From positions 448,001 through 512,000 of the forward strand of contig CAVQJC010000020.1 of assembly GCA_963712745.1 (NCBI GenBank): 64,000 nt of DNA, given 5' to 3'. Position 1 is the stretch's first letter; every line of letters begins with the position of its first letter. The translations under genes were made by a program, and so were the position numbers. This document shows, in pieces, positions 62,603-64,000 of the stretch. Under the pieces are notes generated by a model. That model saw nothing but the letters and a program-made list of their open reading frames with translations. It was not told where the DNA came from and made no database searches. This DNA is from an uncultured Chloroflexia bacterium. Its GTDB lineage: Bacteria > Chloroflexota > Limnocylindria > Limnocylindrales > CSP1-4.

Positions 62603-64000
62603 CTAGGCGACGCCCGCGCCGGGCTCGAAGGACCGGCCTGCCGGCGGCAGGAAGATGGCCTGACGCTCCTCCGGGATGGATTCGAGGTCTTCATCAGACA
62701 CCCGGCCCGCGGGCCACAGCGGTGTGGCGGGCGCGTCCATCTGGGGCAGGACAAGCCCGCTCTCGAGCCCGTGTACATCGACGTAGGTGGCTTCGACGGA
62801 GGCGTTGGGCCGGCCGAGCAGGAAGCCCTGGGCTGCGCCGATGTCGAGCTGGCGGATGACCTGCAACTGCCGAGGCGTCTCCACTCCCTCCGCGACGACG
62901 CGGGCGCGCTGGCTCAGGGCCAGGTCGCGCAGTGACTCAAGCACCGTGCGTGCACCTACCCGGCGGACGCCGTCCTGGACCAGCGCCAGATCGATCTTGA
63001 CGATGTCGAACTGGACCTGGCTGAGCAGGCGCAGGCCGGAATTGCCGGCGCCAACGTCGTCAGCCGCGAGCCGCAGGCCGTACTGCTGCAAGTTGGCGAA
63101 CGTCTTGCGCAGGCGGTTGAGATCGGCGATCTCGTCGCGCTCGGTGAGCTCGACGATGACGCGGCTGGGCGAGATTCCCGCCTTCATCAGCCCCGAGAGC
63201 AGCCAGGCCGGATCGAAGTCCTTGACCTCCAGTGTGCGCGGCGAGAGATTGAGCGTGAGCAGGCGGTCGGGTCCGATCGCCCGAGCGCCTTCGATCACCG
63301 CTTCGATACAGGCGAGGTCGAGCTCGACGGTGCGGCCGGAGGCTGCAGCCGCGGCGAAGAGCCTGGTGGTGTCCGGAAGCGGGCCGTTGGGGTCGGGCCG
63401 GATGAGGCCTTCGAAGCCGAGGATGCGACCAGTACGCAGGTCCACGATGGGCTGGAAGACGGGGCGCAACAGCTTGCCGGTCACGGCCTCGGCCACGGCG
63501 TTGCCGGTGACGTCGTTGAAGTCATCCGGTAGCTGGTCCCGCTCGGGATCGAAGACCTCGACCGCACCGCGACCGTGACGCTTGGCCCAGTAGAGTGCCG
63601 CGTCCGCCTGGCGGTAGACCATGTCGCGCTGGCTCGTGAACGCGGGTACTCCGGACACGCCGCTGGAGAAGAGGCAGGGCCGGGCTCCGCCGTTCGGCCG
63701 CGTGCTGAAGTGGAGCATGCGTTCGGCCACGCAGACCGCTTCATCGATGTCGGTTTCGCGCAGGATGATGGCGAACTCGTCGCCGCCGATGCGGTAGAGC
63801 CCGTCGCCCTCCCTGGCCTGCTCCCGCATCGTCTGGGCCATCGTCTCGAGCATCTCGTCTCCCGCGGCATGACCATCGCGGTCGTTCACGAGCTTGAGAT
63901 CATCGAGATCCATGAGCACGAGACTGAAGGGCGAGCCCCGCTTCTCGAACTCCTCGATGCGCCTGCGCAGTTCCTCCTGGAAGGCACGGTGATTGCCCAG
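62603..64000 (-). CDS. GGDEF-EAL protein; N-terminus outside window
   Basis: LGNHRAFQEE, REGD I-site, IGGDEF, FQPIV, EGL, DDVGAG, IVKID, AEGVET. Confidence 0.9.
   Translation of the reverse strand: MGNHRAFQEELRRRIEEFEKRGSPFSLVLMDLDDLKLVNDRDGHAAGDEMLETMAQTMREQAREGDGLYRIGGDEFAIILRETDIDEAVCVAERMLHFSTRPNGGARPCLFSSGVSGVPAFTSQRDMVYRQADAALYWAKRHGRGAVEVFDPERDQLPDDFNDVTGNAVAEAVTGKLLRPVFQPIVDLRTGRILGFEGLIRPDPNGPLPDTTRLFAAAAASGRTVELDLACIEAVIEGARAIGPDRLLTLNLSPRTLEVKDFDPAWLLSGLMKAGISPSRVIVELTERDEIADLNRLRKTFANLQQYGLRLAADDVGAGNSGLRLLSQVQFDIVKIDLALVQDGVRRVGARTVLESLRDLALSQRARVVAEGVETPRQLQVIRQLDIGAAQGFLLGRPNASVEATYVDVHGLESGLVLPQMDAPATPLWPAGRVSDEDLESIPEERQAIFLPPAGRSFEPGAGVA

Overview
This is a very GC-rich bacterial chromosomal window. 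Gene content such as the CxxC-x17-CxxC protein suggests Chloroflexota or a similar lineage, but that is inference only. Most of it is housekeeping: ilvBNC-leuA-leuB-cimA-pheA, leuCD-ilvD, fabD with two fabF, copA, 2-oxoacid:ferredoxin oxidoreductase, argCJB, an SbcD/SMC-like pair, two GGDEF-EAL genes and a TadE/TadG pair. The standout is a complete-looking IS110-family element (about 3249-4696). Its non-coding left end folds into a bridge-RNA-like structure with two internal loops, and the loop sequences match the element's own target flanks and donor ends around a TA core. A TTGACA-N17-TATGAA promoter is created only in the circular form. Other notable items are a Leu/Val/Ile leader-peptide attenuator before ilvB, an archaeal-type ACT/DUF5612-like gene beside the arg operon, an unknown Cys/His-rich gene ahead of copA, and a compound minisatellite region. 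Four otherwise normal genes carry single frameshifts, probably sequencing errors. All protein calls come from motif recognition, not database searches.
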